Notes: generated by a model from the letters alone, not told the origin. Shown: positions 15,468 to 27,784, numbered from the stretch's first letter. The stretch: DNA of 52,360 bases from an uncultured Anaerolineae bacterium (GCA_964506005.1 CAZDLX010000003.1:1-52360), one strand, 5' to 3'. A program made the numbers and translations.

Positions 15468-15528
15468 AGACCTCACCCCCGCCGCGACTTCGTCGCGCCA
15501 CCCCCTCTCCGTGCCACAGAGAGGGGGC
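15468..15528. repeat. composite REP-like element (AGACCTCACCCC + two hairpins)
   Basis: AGACCTCACCCCCGCCGCGACTTCGTCGCGCCACCCCCTCTCCGTGCCACAGAGAGGGGGC. The architecture matches 40678-40734. The 3' hairpin (28 nt, 15501-15528) is identical to 51078-51105. Confidence 0.65.
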
Positions 15529-15721
15529 AACCAGTCCGTTACGGCACCGCACCAGCGCTCCGCCAGCTCAGGCATCAGCAGAGCCGGGCCAGGCTGACGG
15601 AGGCTGGCATTTCCCCTGGTGCGGCACTAAAATCAATGAGGACTATCTCCACCTCTGAGTAACTTCTTTCAACCGCACCGCGATGCGAGCACGCATCCAA
15701 GCAGACTGGTAGAGAGGCACC

Positions 15722-17755
15722 ATGACGATATCACAACGCACCGAAACCCGAGCAGACCTCGACGCCAACAGCATCAACGCCATTCGCTTCCTGGCTGTCG
15801 ATGCCGTGCAGAAGGCGAATTCCGGCCATCCCGGCCTGCCAATGGGCGCAGCCGTGATGGCCTACGTTTTGTGGATGCGCCACATGCGCTACAACCCGCG
15901 CAACCCCGAGTGGTTCAACCGGGACCGCTTCGTGCTTTCAGCCGGGCACGGCTCGATGCTGCTGTATGCCATGCTCCACCTGACGGGCTATGACGTGTCC
16001 ATGGACGACCTCAAGGCATTCCGGCAGTGGGGCAGTATCACGCCGGGGCACCCTGAGAACTTCCTGACGCCGGGCGTCGAGGTGACGACTGGCCCGCTGG
16101 GGCAGGGCTTCGCCAATGGCGTCGGCATGGCCATGGCTGAGCGTTTCCTGGCGGAGCGCTTCAACACCGACGAGCACGCGATTGTCGACCACTACACGTA
16201 TGCCATCGTGAGCGACGGCGACCTGATGGAGGGCGTTTCCGCGGAGGCGGCATCCTATGCCGGCACTCAGCACCTCGGCAAGCTGATCTACCTGTACGAC
16301 TCGAACCAGATCAGCATCGAGGGCGACACCGACGTGACGTTCCGTGAAAACGTCGCCGACCGTTTCCGCGCCTATGGCTGGCAGGTGATCGGCCCGATTG
16401 ACGGGATGGACATCGACGCAGTCGATGCGGCGGTGACCGAGGCCAAGCGCAACCCCGACCAGCCTTCGCTCATCGTGTGCCGCACGATCATCGGCTACGG
16501 CAGCCCGAACAAGGCCAGCACCGGTGATGTGCACGGCGCGCCGCTCGGCGCGGACGAGGTTGAGCTGACTAAGGAGAACCTCGGCTGGCCGCTGGAGCCG
16601 GAGTTCCACGTTCCCGACGACGTGCGCGAGCACTTCGGCAGCGCCGTCAAGCGCGGGGAGCAGTTGGAGGCTGAGTGGAACGAGCTGTTTGGCCAGTACC
16701 GTGACGCCAACGCGGACATGGCCGCCGAGTTCGAGCGGGCGATGAACGGGGCGCTGCCCGAGAACTGGGACGCCGGCGTTCCGGTGTTTAAGCCGGACGA
16801 TGGCCCGATGGCCACGCGCTCGGCGAGCGGCAAGGTGCTGAATGGGCTGTTCCAGAACCTGCCGGACCTCATCGGCGGCTCGGCTGACCTGGCCCCCAGC
16901 AACAACACCTGGCTGAAGGACGGCGGCCTGTTCGGCTGGGAGAAGGGCGGGCATAACCTCCAGTTTGGAGTGCGCGAGCACGCAATGGGCTCGCTGTGCG
17001 TCGGCATGGCGCACCACGGCGGTGTGATCCCTTACTGCGCGACGTTCCTGGTCTTCTCCGATTACATGCGCCCGCCGGTGCGGCTGGCAAGCCTGTCCCG
17101 CCAGCGCGTCGTGTTCGTCTACACACACGACAGCATCGGGCTGGGCGAGGATGGCCCCACGCACCAGCCTATCGAACATCTCATGGCGCTCCGCGTCGTG
17201 CCGCGGCTGCACGTCATCCGCCCGGCGGACGCCAACGAGGTTGCCGAGGCGTGGCGGCAGGCGCTGCTCTACGAGGACGGCCCCACGGCGCTCGCGCTGA
17301 CACGCCAGAACCTGCCCATCATCGACCGTGAGAAGTACGCCGATGCATCTGGCCTGGCAAAGGGTGCGTACATTATTCGCGAAGCAGGTGGACAGCCAGA
17401 CCTGGTGATCTTGGCGACAGGGTCGGAAGTCTCGCTGGCCATAGACGCCGCCGAGCAGCTCGACGCGGATGGCCTCAAGGTTCAGGTCGTCTCCATGCCG
17501 TGCTGGGAGCTGTTCGACGAGCAGCCCGACTCCTATCGCGAAGAGGTTATCCCGCGCGGGGTGCCGCGCCTCGCCGTCGAAGCCGGGGCGACGCTCGGCT
17601 GGTACAAGTACGTCGGCGAGGACGGCGCAGTGATCGGCATCGACCGTTTCGGTGCGTCGGCGCCGGGCAAGACGGTCATGAAGGAGTACGGATTCAGCGT
17701 TGAGAACGTGGTGGAGCAGGCGCGGGCGCTGCTCGGCCAGCAGGAGGCAGGCTGA
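15722..17755 (+). CDS. tkt: transketolase
   Basis: 677 aa: ...[17 protein letters not shown]..., GDGDLMEG-type region ([11 protein letters not shown]), [19 protein letters not shown]. Confidence 0.95.
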   Translation: MTISQRTETRADLDANSINAIRFLAVDAVQKANSGHPGLPMGAAVMAYVLWMRHMRYNPRNPEWFNRDRFVLSAGHGSMLLYAMLHLTGYDVSMDDLKAFRQWGSITPGHPENFLTPGVEVTTGPLGQGFANGVGMAMAERFLAERFNTDEHAIVDHYTYAIVSDGDLMEGVSAEAASYAGTQHLGKLIYLYDSNQISIEGDTDVTFRENVADRFRAYGWQVIGPIDGMDIDAVDAAVTEAKRNPDQPSLIVCRTIIGYGSPNKASTGDVHGAPLGADEVELTKENLGWPLEPEFHVPDDVREHFGSAVKRGEQLEAEWNELFGQYRDANADMAAEFERAMNGALPENWDAGVPVFKPDDGPMATRSASGKVLNGLFQNLPDLIGGSADLAPSNNTWLKDGGLFGWEKGGHNLQFGVREHAMGSLCVGMAHHGGVIPYCATFLVFSDYMRPPVRLASLSRQRVVFVYTHDSIGLGEDGPTHQPIEHLMALRVVPRLHVIRPADANEVAEAWRQALLYEDGPTALALTRQNLPIIDREKYADASGLAKGAYIIREAGGQPDLVILATGSEVSLAIDAAEQLDADGLKVQVVSMPCWELFDEQPDSYREEVIPRGVPRLAVEAGATLGWYKYVGEDGAVIGIDRFGASAPGKTVMKEYGFSVENVVEQARALLGQQEAG

Positions 17756-18216
17756 TGCAGGTCGTCGTCGGAGCGGACCACGCGGGGTACGAGCTCAAGG
17801 AAGTGATCCGCGAGTACCTCGAAGAGCGGGGCTATGACGTCATCGACGTCGGCACGGACAGCCTCGAGGCGGTGGACTACCCCGACTTCGCCCGCAAGGT
17901 CGGCGAGGAGGTTCTGCGCGGCGAGGGACGGCGCGGAGTGCTGATCTGCGGCAGCGGAGTCGGCGCGAGCATCGCGGCGAACAAGGTCAACGGCGTGCTC
18001 GCCGGGCTGTGCCACGATACGTACTCCGCGCGGCAGGGTGTCGAGCACGACAACATGAACGTGCTGACGCTCGGCGGGCGTATCATCGGCGTCGAGCTGG
18101 CCAAGGAGCTGGTCAACGCATTCCTCAATGCCGAGTTCAGCAGCGACGAAGAGCGCCACGTCCGCCGCGTCAACAAGATCCACGCCATCGAACGCGACTA
18201 TTCCGGCGGCGCGTAA
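17755..18216 (+). CDS. rpiB: ribose-5-phosphate isomerase B
   Basis: 153 aa: [16 protein letters not shown]...[19 protein letters not shown]. The start overlaps the tkt stop by 1 nt. Confidence 0.9.
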   Translation: MQVVVGADHAGYELKEVIREYLEERGYDVIDVGTDSLEAVDYPDFARKVGEEVLRGEGRRGVLICGSGVGASIAANKVNGVLAGLCHDTYSARQGVEHDNMNVLTLGGRIIGVELAKELVNAFLNAEFSSDEERHVRRVNKIHAIERDYSGGA

Positions 18217-18336
18217 GCGCCAGCCAGGGCAGTGATGCAAGCTGCCGGGCGCCCGCGCCGCGCAGCGCGCCGGGTGCCCGGCTTGCTGAGTCGAAGGCGT
18301 ACCGGCTGAGTGTACGACGACGAGCGAGAGGCCGTG

Positions 18337-19890
18337 ATGCCAGACAGCACGCCAGCTGATAACCCACTGCGTGACGGGCCGCGAGTTGGGCGGCCCATCG
18401 AACCCGTGTCGATCGTGATCTTCGGCGCGACAGGCGACCTGACCGCGCGCAAGCTCGTGCCCGCCCTGTTCAGCCTGGCGATGGAGGGCCAGCTTCCGCC
18501 GGCCTACAACATCGTGGGCTATACCCGCCGCGACTGGACCGACGACTACTTCCGCGAGCGGATGTACGAGGCGGTCAAGCAATACAGCCGTTACGATCCC
18601 GACGAGGGTGATGGGGCGGTCTGGGAGGAGTTCGCCGGGAACCTGGCTTACGTACAGGGCAGGTTCGACGAGCCCGAGGGCTACCGCCGCCTCGACGAGA
18701 GGCTGACCGGGCTCGCCGCCGAGCGCCGTATGCCCGACAACCGCCTGTACTATCTCGCCGCGCCGCCCTCCTGGTTCGAGAGCATCATCTGGTGCATGCA
18801 CAGCGCCGACATGGCGCATGGAGGCGATGGCTGGCGGCGCATCGTGGTGGAAAAGCCGTTCGGACATGACCTGGAGACGGCGGGGGCACTGAACGCTACG
18901 CTCAACGCCGTGTTTGACGAGGAGCAGGTGTATCGCATCGACCACTACCTCGGCAAAGAGACGGTGCAGAACATCCTCGTCGTGCGCTTCGCCAACGCGA
19001 TCTTCGAGCCGATCTGGAACCGGCACTACGTCGATCACGTGCAGATCAGCGTGGTGGAGCCCGGCGGCGTCGAGGACCGGGAGGAGTTCTACGACGAGGC
19101 GGGCGTGCTGCGCGACATCTTCCAGAACCACCTGCTGCAGCTGATGACGCTGGTTGCGATGGAGCCGCCCGTCGCCTACGAGGCGGACGCCATTCGCGAC
19201 GAGAAGGTAAAGGTGCTGCGAGCCGCCCGACGAATCACGGGGAAGGAGGTCGCAGCACGGACGGTCCGTGCCCAGTACACGGCAGGGGCGGTCAACGGCG
19301 AGGCGGTCCCCGGCTATGCAGGGCTTGAGCACATCCCGAAGACCTCGGAGACGGCTACTTACGCGGCAGTGAAGTGGTCTATCGACAACTGGCGCTGGCA
19401 GGGCGTGCCGTTCTACCTGCGCTCCGGCAAGCGGCTGCCGACGCGAGTCACCGAGATTTCGGTGCACTTCAAGGAGCCGCCGCACCTGCTGTTCAGCCAG
19501 CGGCCCGGCGTGCGGATGCGGGCGAACGTGCTCGTGCTGCGCATCCAGCCGGATGAGGGTATCTCTCTGCGCTTCGAGTCGAAGCTGCCGGGGCAGGGGC
19601 TGGAGCGCCGCGCCGTGACGATGGACTTTCGCTACGGCACCTCCTTCGGCGTGGTGAACCCGCCCGACGCCTACGAGCGCCTGCTACTCGACGCAGTGGT
19701 GGGCGACGCGACGCTGTTCGCGCGCCGCGACGAGATCGAGTGGGCCTGGCGGCTCATCGACCCGATCATCGAGGCGTGGCGCTCGCCAGACGAGATGCCG
19801 GCGCTCGAGTACTACGAAGCGGGTACCTGGGGGCCGCCCGGCGCGGACGCTATGCTGGCGCGCGATGGGCGCCGGTGGCGGCGTCTGTAA
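18337..19890 (+). CDS. zwf: glucose-6-phosphate dehydrogenase
   Basis: Motifs IFGATGDLTARKL (NADP site) and RIDHYLGKE (active site). Start ATG 18337 is preferred because GAGAGG lies 5 nt upstream. The alternative ATG 18310 would add 9 aa. Confidence 0.9.
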   Translation: MPDSTPADNPLRDGPRVGRPIEPVSIVIFGATGDLTARKLVPALFSLAMEGQLPPAYNIVGYTRRDWTDDYFRERMYEAVKQYSRYDPDEGDGAVWEEFAGNLAYVQGRFDEPEGYRRLDERLTGLAAERRMPDNRLYYLAAPPSWFESIIWCMHSADMAHGGDGWRRIVVEKPFGHDLETAGALNATLNAVFDEEQVYRIDHYLGKETVQNILVVRFANAIFEPIWNRHYVDHVQISVVEPGGVEDREEFYDEAGVLRDIFQNHLLQLMTLVAMEPPVAYEADAIRDEKVKVLRAARRITGKEVAARTVRAQYTAGAVNGEAVPGYAGLEHIPKTSETATYAAVKWSIDNWRWQGVPFYLRSGKRLPTRVTEISVHFKEPPHLLFSQRPGVRMRANVLVLRIQPDEGISLRFESKLPGQGLERRAVTMDFRYGTSFGVVNPPDAYERLLLDAVVGDATLFARRDEIEWAWRLIDPIIEAWRSPDEMPALEYYEAGTWGPPGADAMLARDGRRWRRL

Positions 19891-19902
19891 GAGGGGGAAG
19901 GC

Positions 19903-21012
19903 TTGGCTGAGACGTTACGCACAGAGGTCCGGCAGGTCAGCCTGAACACGCTGCGTGACGAGCTGCGGGCGCTGTGGACGTCGGAGACGCTCGACTCCGA
20001 CGCGATCATACGGGCGCGCTCGCACAACCTCGTCGTGTACACGGACATGACGCGTCACAACGTCGCCGACCTGATCGATCACATTATCCAGGTCAATGCC
20101 CGGCGGCCAGGGCGAGTCATCCTGCTCCAGTACAACCCCGGCCAGGCGGCAAAGCTCGAGGCGTGGGTGACGGTGTACTGCCACCCGCAGCGCGACGTCC
20201 AGGTGTGCAGCGAGATGATCGTTATCGAGGTCGGGCGCGACGCGCGCGACGACCTGCACAGCACCGTCGTGGCGCTGCTGGCCCCCGACCTGCCGGTGTT
20301 CCTGTGGTGGATGCAGCTTCCCAGCCCGGACGATCACCTCTACCTGAAACTGGCAGAAGAGGCCGACCGCCTGATCGTCGACTCGGACTTCCTGCCCGAT
20401 CTCGCGAGCGGACTGCCTGCGCTTGCGGCGCTCGGCGGGCTCCCGGCGAGCGATCTGGCGTGGGCGCGTCTGACTCCCTGGCGGCGGCGCGTGGCGGTGT
20501 TCTGGGATGCGCCGCACCTGCGGGAGCCGCTGTCCCACCTTAGACGGGTCGAGATCCGGTTCGTCGGCGGAGACTCCGGCGCGAGCGCTAACCGGGCGCT
20601 GCTGCTGGCAGGCTGGCTCGCCGCACGCCTTGACTGGGAATGTACGGGAGGCACGCGTCATAATGCGGGTTACGTTCTGCGCTGCGAGCAGCAGAGCGGC
20701 GTGCCGTTCGAGCTGGCGCTGTCGGCTGTCGAACCTGACGGCATTCCGCCGCACGAGATTGCCAGCGTTACGCTTGAAGCCGGGCCAGAGGCCGAGCCTA
20801 CCCACCTTCGTCTGCGCTACGAGCCCGCGCATGGTAGTATCGACGTCCACGCAGGCGGACGCACGTGGCACGACTGGGGCTTTGAGCCAATGGATGCCGC
20901 GGCTGCATTAGCCGAAGAACTCGACTATGATTATGACAGCGCGTACACGGCTGCTCTGGAATGGGCGGCCAGTATCCTGCGCGCCGTAACCAACCAGCAC
21001 ACAGAGGAATAA
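19903..21012 (+). CDS. opcA: glucose-6-phosphate dehydrogenase assembly protein OpcA
   Basis: 369 aa with a TTG start after the GAGGGGGAAGG RBS. LRDELRALWTSE...IRARSHNLVVY...PVFLWW is typical of OpcA. Its position directly after zwf supports the call. Confidence 0.8.
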   Translation: MAETLRTEVRQVSLNTLRDELRALWTSETLDSDAIIRARSHNLVVYTDMTRHNVADLIDHIIQVNARRPGRVILLQYNPGQAAKLEAWVTVYCHPQRDVQVCSEMIVIEVGRDARDDLHSTVVALLAPDLPVFLWWMQLPSPDDHLYLKLAEEADRLIVDSDFLPDLASGLPALAALGGLPASDLAWARLTPWRRRVAVFWDAPHLREPLSHLRRVEIRFVGGDSGASANRALLLAGWLAARLDWECTGGTRHNAGYVLRCEQQSGVPFELALSAVEPDGIPPHEIASVTLEAGPEAEPTHLRLRYEPAHGSIDVHAGGRTWHDWGFEPMDAAAALAEELDYDYDSAYTAALEWAASILRAVTNQHTEE

Positions 21013-21017
21013 CCATC

Positions 21018-21755
21018 GTGTCAGAAGTCATCACCCTGCCTCACATCGAAGCGATTATCGAGGAGGCGGCTTCCCGCTGGGTGCAGATTGCCCGGTCTGC
21101 CGTCGAGGAGCGCGGCGCATTTCGCATCGCCCTCTCCGGCGGCAGCACGCCTCGCCCTCTCTACCTCTTAATGGCCTCGGACCCCTACCGCGAGCAGGTT
21201 CCGTGGGAGAAGACTTACGTCTTCTGGACCGACGAACGCCGGGTCCCGCCCAGCCATCCCGACAGTAACTACCGGTTGGCCGCCGAGACCCTGCTGCGCC
21301 ACGTGCCCATTCCGCGCGAGCAGATCTTCCGTATGGACGGCGAGGAGCTCGCCGGAAGCGCGGCGCGCGAGTATACCGAGGCCATTCGCCGGCACTTTGG
21401 TCTCGGCTTCCGCGACTGGCCGCGTTTCGACCTGATGCTGCTGGGCATGGGGCGTGACGGTCACACTGCCTCGATCTTTCCCGGCACCCGCGCCGCCAGC
21501 GATCTCAGCAACATGGTAGTGGTCTACGAGGTGCCGCAGCTCCGTGCGGAGCGCATGACGCTGACGCTCCCGGTCATCAACAATGCGCGGCACATCCTGT
21601 TTCTCGTAACGGGAGAGGATAAGGCAGAGGCGCTTCAGGCTGTGCTGTACGGCGAGCGCCGCCCGAGCACGTATCCGGCGCAGGCTGTGAAACCCGTCGA
21701 TGGCACGCTGACCTGGCTGGTGGACACTGCCGCTGCGAAGCTCCTGCCGCGTTAG
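21018..21755 (+). CDS. pgl: 6-phosphogluconolactonase
   Basis: GTG 21018 is in frame with the track ORF. Motifs are FRIALSGGSTP and LLGMGRDGHTASIFPG. Confidence 0.85.
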   Translation: MSEVITLPHIEAIIEEAASRWVQIARSAVEERGAFRIALSGGSTPRPLYLLMASDPYREQVPWEKTYVFWTDERRVPPSHPDSNYRLAAETLLRHVPIPREQIFRMDGEELAGSAAREYTEAIRRHFGLGFRDWPRFDLMLLGMGRDGHTASIFPGTRAASDLSNMVVVYEVPQLRAERMTLTLPVINNARHILFLVTGEDKAEALQAVLYGERRPSTYPAQAVKPVDGTLTWLVDTAAAKLLPR

Positions 21756-21895
21756 AAAGCGCCGGCCCAACCATCGGCCTAAAGACCTAGCCTGCTCAGC
21801 CCATTGCCGGGCGATTCTCCCGCCCGGGTGGCCTACGATCTCTTTATGTGCGAGTAAGACCACTCAGTCTTGTTGGTAAGAATAGAGGACGGGCC

Positions 21896-23167
21896 ATGTT
21901 GCAGAGAATGGGCATTGTGTTCGCGCTGCTCGCGAGCGCGGCGGTGTTGGCGGGCTGTAACGGTGTACCAGGGCAGGAAGTGACGGAAGCGCCGCCAGGG
22001 GATGTCACTGCGCCTCCGGCAACGGAGACGGTCGAAGAGCTGGCAACCCCAGAGCCGGTTGAAGACACCCCTACTGTGGCGGCGGAAACCGAAGAGCCGA
22101 CTGTCGAGCCGGCTGAGGAGCCCACCGAGGCCGCGGCGCAGCCCGGCACGCTGATCGCGATGTATACCCCCGAAGGCTCAGTGCAGGTTGTGGACACGGG
22201 CACCGGTGAAGTGACGCCGCTGGCCGATCTCACCGTGGATATCACCGTCGCACCACACCTGCCGGTGGGCGTTGCGGGGGGTCAGATCTTTGTTATTGGC
22301 GATGACTTCTCGGACGACGCTCCCGCTCAGGTATACAGCATTGGCCGGGACGGTGTGGTCGTGCCGCGCGATGAGTTCGGCCCGGCCGTGCACAGCCTCG
22401 CGGCGTATGACGGTGGCGAGGCGGCAGATTACCTCGCCTGGGGTACGTTCGACATTGGCGAGGAACAGGTGACCTCAGGGCTGTACCTCACCTCGCTCGG
22501 TGACATGAATACGCAGACCATCATCGAGCAGACGACGCCGGAAGGCTGGAATTTCGTACCGGTACGGTGGTCGGAGGACGGCCAGCGTCTCTTCTTCGCG
22601 GAAGAGCCGAGCGGGCTGGGTGGCTACATCCCGTTCGACGGGTACTCGTCGCTCTACGTGTACGACATGGCGGCGGGCGGTGACCCCGCGCTGCTGGTGC
22701 CCAACAGCCGTGCCGGGATGATCTGCATCGACGACCTCTCGCCAGACGAGCAGCTCATCGTCCACCACTGTGACCCCGACCGGCTGACGCTGTTCGACAT
22801 GGCGTCGGGCGAGTCCACCGCTGTCGAGTCGCCGGTAACGGCAGGCGAGAATCAGCTCGCGGGGAGCGCCCGCTTCAGCCCGGACGGCTCGCGGGTGGCG
22901 TACGGCATCGCCCGGGGGAACCCCGAAGACGAGCTCGGCTACCTCATTCTCGCCGACGTAGCGAGCGGGCAGGCGGAGTTGATCGGCGAGAGCGAGCCAG
23001 GCTCGATCTTCCGCGTGCTGAGCTGGCTGGACGACTCCACCCTGCTCGTCGAGATGTCGGGCATGGAGAATACGCTGTGGCGGCTGCCGCTGGACGGCGG
23101 CGAGCCGGTGCTGCTGGGGCAGGGCTTCTACCTCGCCACGCTCCCGCCAGACTGGTTCGCCGAGTAG
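21896..23167 (+). CDS. lipoprotein with acidic Pro/Thr/Glu linker and beta-propeller-like C-terminal region
   Basis: ATG 21896 follows AGAGGACGGG. The signal MLQRMGIVFALLASAAVLAGC carries a lipobox. A low-complexity TEAPPGD...EEPTEAAAQ linker follows. The remainder resembles TolB/PD40-type repeats (ARFSPDGSRVAYG), a weak call. Confidence 0.6.
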   Translation: MLQRMGIVFALLASAAVLAGCNGVPGQEVTEAPPGDVTAPPATETVEELATPEPVEDTPTVAAETEEPTVEPAEEPTEAAAQPGTLIAMYTPEGSVQVVDTGTGEVTPLADLTVDITVAPHLPVGVAGGQIFVIGDDFSDDAPAQVYSIGRDGVVVPRDEFGPAVHSLAAYDGGEAADYLAWGTFDIGEEQVTSGLYLTSLGDMNTQTIIEQTTPEGWNFVPVRWSEDGQRLFFAEEPSGLGGYIPFDGYSSLYVYDMAAGGDPALLVPNSRAGMICIDDLSPDEQLIVHHCDPDRLTLFDMASGESTAVESPVTAGENQLAGSARFSPDGSRVAYGIARGNPEDELGYLILADVASGQAELIGESEPGSIFRVLSWLDDSTLLVEMSGMENTLWRLPLDGGEPVLLGQGFYLATLPPDWFAE

Positions 23168-23187
23168 CTTGCCATAGTGTGGGCTAA

Positions 23188-23220
23188 GGGCGGTGCGTCG
23201 TGAGACGTACTGCCCTTTTT
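23188..23220 (+). terminator. rho-independent terminator after the lipoprotein gene
   Basis: GGGCGGTGCGTC-gtga-GACGTACTGCCC forms a 12-bp stem with two G.U pairs, followed by TTTTT. Confidence 0.6.
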
Positions 23221-23357
23221 ACTGCTGCTATGCCGCGACACAAGAAAATCTGCCTATCGCTTCGCTATACTCTGGGAGCGCGCCCGTCGTAGAGGCTACG
23301 ACCTCGGCTCGCATGACTGCCTCGTGAGTACACCAATGGATGAGTGAGAGGACCTAC

Positions 23358-25439
<2,082 letters not shown>

Positions 25440-25513
25440 AATCGCTATCCGCCGGGCCGGGGATTGGGGTACAATGGGCTCAGGGCCTGTTACCTGCTAG
25501 AGTGGAATACGTG

Positions 25514-25831
25514 ATGGCCGAACAAACCGAGAGTACCGCGCTGCGCATCGTCCGCGCGCCGTTCTTCCTGCTGAGCGTGGCGCTCAGCCTGCTGCCGCTG
25601 CTTGCGCTGTTTGCCTCGGTCAGCATCGGGGCGTGGTTCGACGACGTGCTTACGTGGCTGGGTTACGAGCAGCGTCCGCGCTGGCTGCCTGCCGTGCTCG
25701 GCGTGCTGAGCTACGCGGGCCTGGGTATCGCGGCCCCGGCCTTTCTCGGCAACCTGCTGATCGGCTGGCCGGGGGCGGTCGCCGGCCCCGTGCTGGCGCT
25801 GGCGCTCATCGCCGTGCTCGGCCGCTGGTAG
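25514..25831 (+). CDS. small hypothetical membrane protein
   Basis: About 105 aa with three hydrophobic segments (FFLLSVALSLLPLLALFASV, LPAVLGVLSYAGLGIAAPAFL, VAGPVLALALIAVLG). No homology recognised. The start is uncertain: GTG 25502 or ATG 25514. Confidence 0.45.
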   Translation: MAEQTESTALRIVRAPFFLLSVALSLLPLLALFASVSIGAWFDDVLTWLGYEQRPRWLPAVLGVLSYAGLGIAAPAFLGNLLIGWPGAVAGPVLALALIAVLGRW

Positions 25832-25855
25832 TCCCTACTGATACCCACGAATCGC

Positions 25856-25881
25856 AACGGCGGCTCGTACGAGCCGCCGTT
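25856..25881. terminator. perfect GC-rich hairpin between convergent genes
   Basis: AACGGCGGCTCG-ta-CGAGCCGCCGTT is a 12-bp perfect inverted repeat. It lies between the membrane-protein gene and the pckA stop. There is no clear U-tract on either strand. Confidence 0.4.
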
Positions 25882-25907
25882 AGTGTTCTCCCATGCAGTG
25901 CGTAGGG

Positions 25908-27503
25908 TTATCTGGCCAGGGGTCCGGCTTCGCGCACGGCAGCGCTGAGCACATCGGCGTACTGCCTGGCATTCTCCGCAAAGAGGTTGGCCAGCTCCTG
26001 CGCCTTTGTGTCGTAGGCTTCCTTATCCTCCCACATCGCACGCGGGTTGAGCACGTCGTCCGGCACGCCGGGTACCTGCAGCGGCACGTGGAGGCCGAAG
26101 ATAGGATCTTCACGCGTTTCGACTTCCGCCAGCGCGCCTTCGAGGACCGCCCGGATCATCGCCCGCGTGTAGCGCAGCTCGATGCGGTTCCCCACGCCGT
26201 AGGGCCCGCCGACCCAGCCCGTGTTGACCAGCCACACACTTGCCCCATGCTCGGCGATCTTCTCGCCGAGCAGGTCTGCATACCTGCGCGGGTGCAGCGG
26301 CAGGAAAGGCGCACCGAAGCCGGCGCTGAATGTTGCCTTCGGCTCTGAGACGCCGCGCTCGGTGCCGGCCACCTTCGCCGTGTAGCCGCTCATGAAGTGG
26401 TACATGGCCTGATCACGCGTGAGGCGGCTGATGGGCGGCAGCACGCCGAACGCATCCGCGGTCAGGAAGAGTATGTTGTTGGGGTGGCCTGCCACGCCTG
26501 TGCGTGTGGCGTTCGGAATGTGGCTTATCGGGTACGATGCGCGGGTGTTCTCCGTCAGCGTGTCGTCGTCCAGATCGATCCGGCGGCTGTTCATGTGCAT
26601 TCCGACGTTCTCCAGGATGGTCCCGAAGCGCCGGGTCGTCTGGAAGATCTCCGGCTCGCCGGTGGGTGAGAGCCGGATGACCTTCGCATAGCAGCCGCCC
26701 TCGAAGTTGAAGATGCCGTCGTCGCTCCAGCCATGCTCGTCGTCGCCGATGAGCGTCCGCGTCGAGTCAGAGGACAGCGTCGTCTTGCCCGTGCCGGACA
26801 GCCCGAAGAACAGGGCGACGTCACCCTTGTCACCCTCGTTCGCCGAGCAGTGCATCGGCAGCACGCCTCGCTTCGGCAGATAGTAGTTCATGACACTGAA
26901 GATCGACTTCTTGATCTCGCCTGCATAGGCGGTGCCACCGATGATCACCACCTTCTCGGCGAAGTTGATAAGCACGAACGCCGGGGAGTTCGTGCCGTCC
27001 CGATCCGGGTTCGCGTGGAAGCTTGGCGCCTGGATGACCGTGAAATCGGGCTCAAAGCCGACCAGTTCCTCGTCGGGCACGCGGATGAACATGTTGCGGG
27101 CGAACAGGTTGTGCCAGGCCGTTTCGGTGATAATCCGCACCGAGAGCCGGTGCGCCGGGTCGGCGCCGGCGTAGGCGTTCTGCACGAAGGCGTTCTTGCC
27201 CTGGAAATACGCGAGCAGGTTGCGGTACAGGTCGTCGAACTGCTCGATGCTGAAAGGCCGGTTGATGTCCCCCCACCAGATGTCGTCACGCGTGGTTGGC
27301 TCGTGGACGATGAAGCGGTCCTGCGGCGACCGCCCGGTATGGTCACCCGTGCCGACGACCAGCGGCCCGAGATGTGCCACGTAGCCCTCCTGCCGCCGGA
27401 TTGCCTGCTCGTAAAGCTGCGGCGTGTGAAGCTGCCAGTAAATTGTGTTCAGGTTCCGGAACCCTAGAGCTTCCATTTCAGGGTGCGTTTGCAGGATTTC
27501 CAT
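25908..27503 (-). CDS. pckA: phosphoenolpyruvate carboxykinase (ATP)
   Basis: Motifs [13 protein letters not shown] (P-loop), LIGDDEHGW and ...[16 protein letters not shown]. The start was chosen at MEILQTHPE (ATG 27503), preceded by GGAGGAAAG. The track start is at 27527. Confidence 0.95.
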   Translation of the reverse strand: MEILQTHPEMEALGFRNLNTIYWQLHTPQLYEQAIRRQEGYVAHLGPLVVGTGDHTGRSPQDRFIVHEPTTRDDIWWGDINRPFSIEQFDDLYRNLLAYFQGKNAFVQNAYAGADPAHRLSVRIITETAWHNLFARNMFIRVPDEELVGFEPDFTVIQAPSFHANPDRDGTNSPAFVLINFAEKVVIIGGTAYAGEIKKSIFSVMNYYLPKRGVLPMHCSANEGDKGDVALFFGLSGTGKTTLSSDSTRTLIGDDEHGWSDDGIFNFEGGCYAKVIRLSPTGEPEIFQTTRRFGTILENVGMHMNSRRIDLDDDTLTENTRASYPISHIPNATRTGVAGHPNNILFLTADAFGVLPPISRLTRDQAMYHFMSGYTAKVAGTERGVSEPKATFSAGFGAPFLPLHPRRYADLLGEKIAEHGASVWLVNTGWVGGPYGVGNRIELRYTRAMIRAVLEGALAEVETREDPIFGLHVPLQVPGVPDDVLNPRAMWEDKEAYDTKAQELANLFAENARQYADVLSAAVREAGPLAR

Positions 27504-27710
27504 CTTTCCTCCGTACTGGCACGACAAAATGCGGGGTAACGGACCACCGCGCCGGGTCGCTCTTGATTCTAGCGCGCGACGCGGGCTCTATACAGTGAAA
27601 TACGCAGCCGTGTGATGGGGCGTCACGACGACTGCGCATTTCATGGGGTGAGGATAGGGATGAGAACTCTTCTTGGAGAGTCAACTGTATCCTAGCACAT
27701 TCTTCGATAT

Positions 27711-27745
27711 AGTTTCGTGAAGTTTCATGAAAAGTTTGTGAATTC
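27711..27745. promoter_or_regulatory. array of alternating TTC/GAA half-sites with 10-bp periodicity
   Basis: AGTTTCGTGA AGTTTCATGA AAAGTTTGTGAATTC reads as TTC-gt-GAA-gt-TTC-at-GAA-aagt-TTg-t-GAA-TTC. It lies in the only AT-rich stretch of the pckA / CHAT-island divergent intergenic region, about 65-100 nt upstream of the predicted + strand -10 box. Confidence 0.35.
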
Positions 27746-27784
27746 AGCCTGCCGGGGGGCGCGTTCCGCCCGTTGTCGATCCAC

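Noticed and set aside
15420-15662. 80-aa and 68-aa ORFs in the tetR/tkt intergenic region
   Set aside because: Their translation is dictated by the REP-like element (PPPLRATERG...). They have no RBS and sit in a promoter and repeat region.
17533-19485. 650-aa minus-strand ORF across tkt, rpiB and zwf
   Set aside because: It is antisense to three housekeeping genes with strong signatures, has no RBS, and shows shadow-ORF composition.
27711-27745. Eukaryote-style heat-shock element (TTCnnGAAnnTTCnnGAA)
   Set aside because: The pattern formally matches the HSE consensus, but HSF-type factors are not bacterial. It is treated as a generic phased half-site array for an unknown bacterial regulator.
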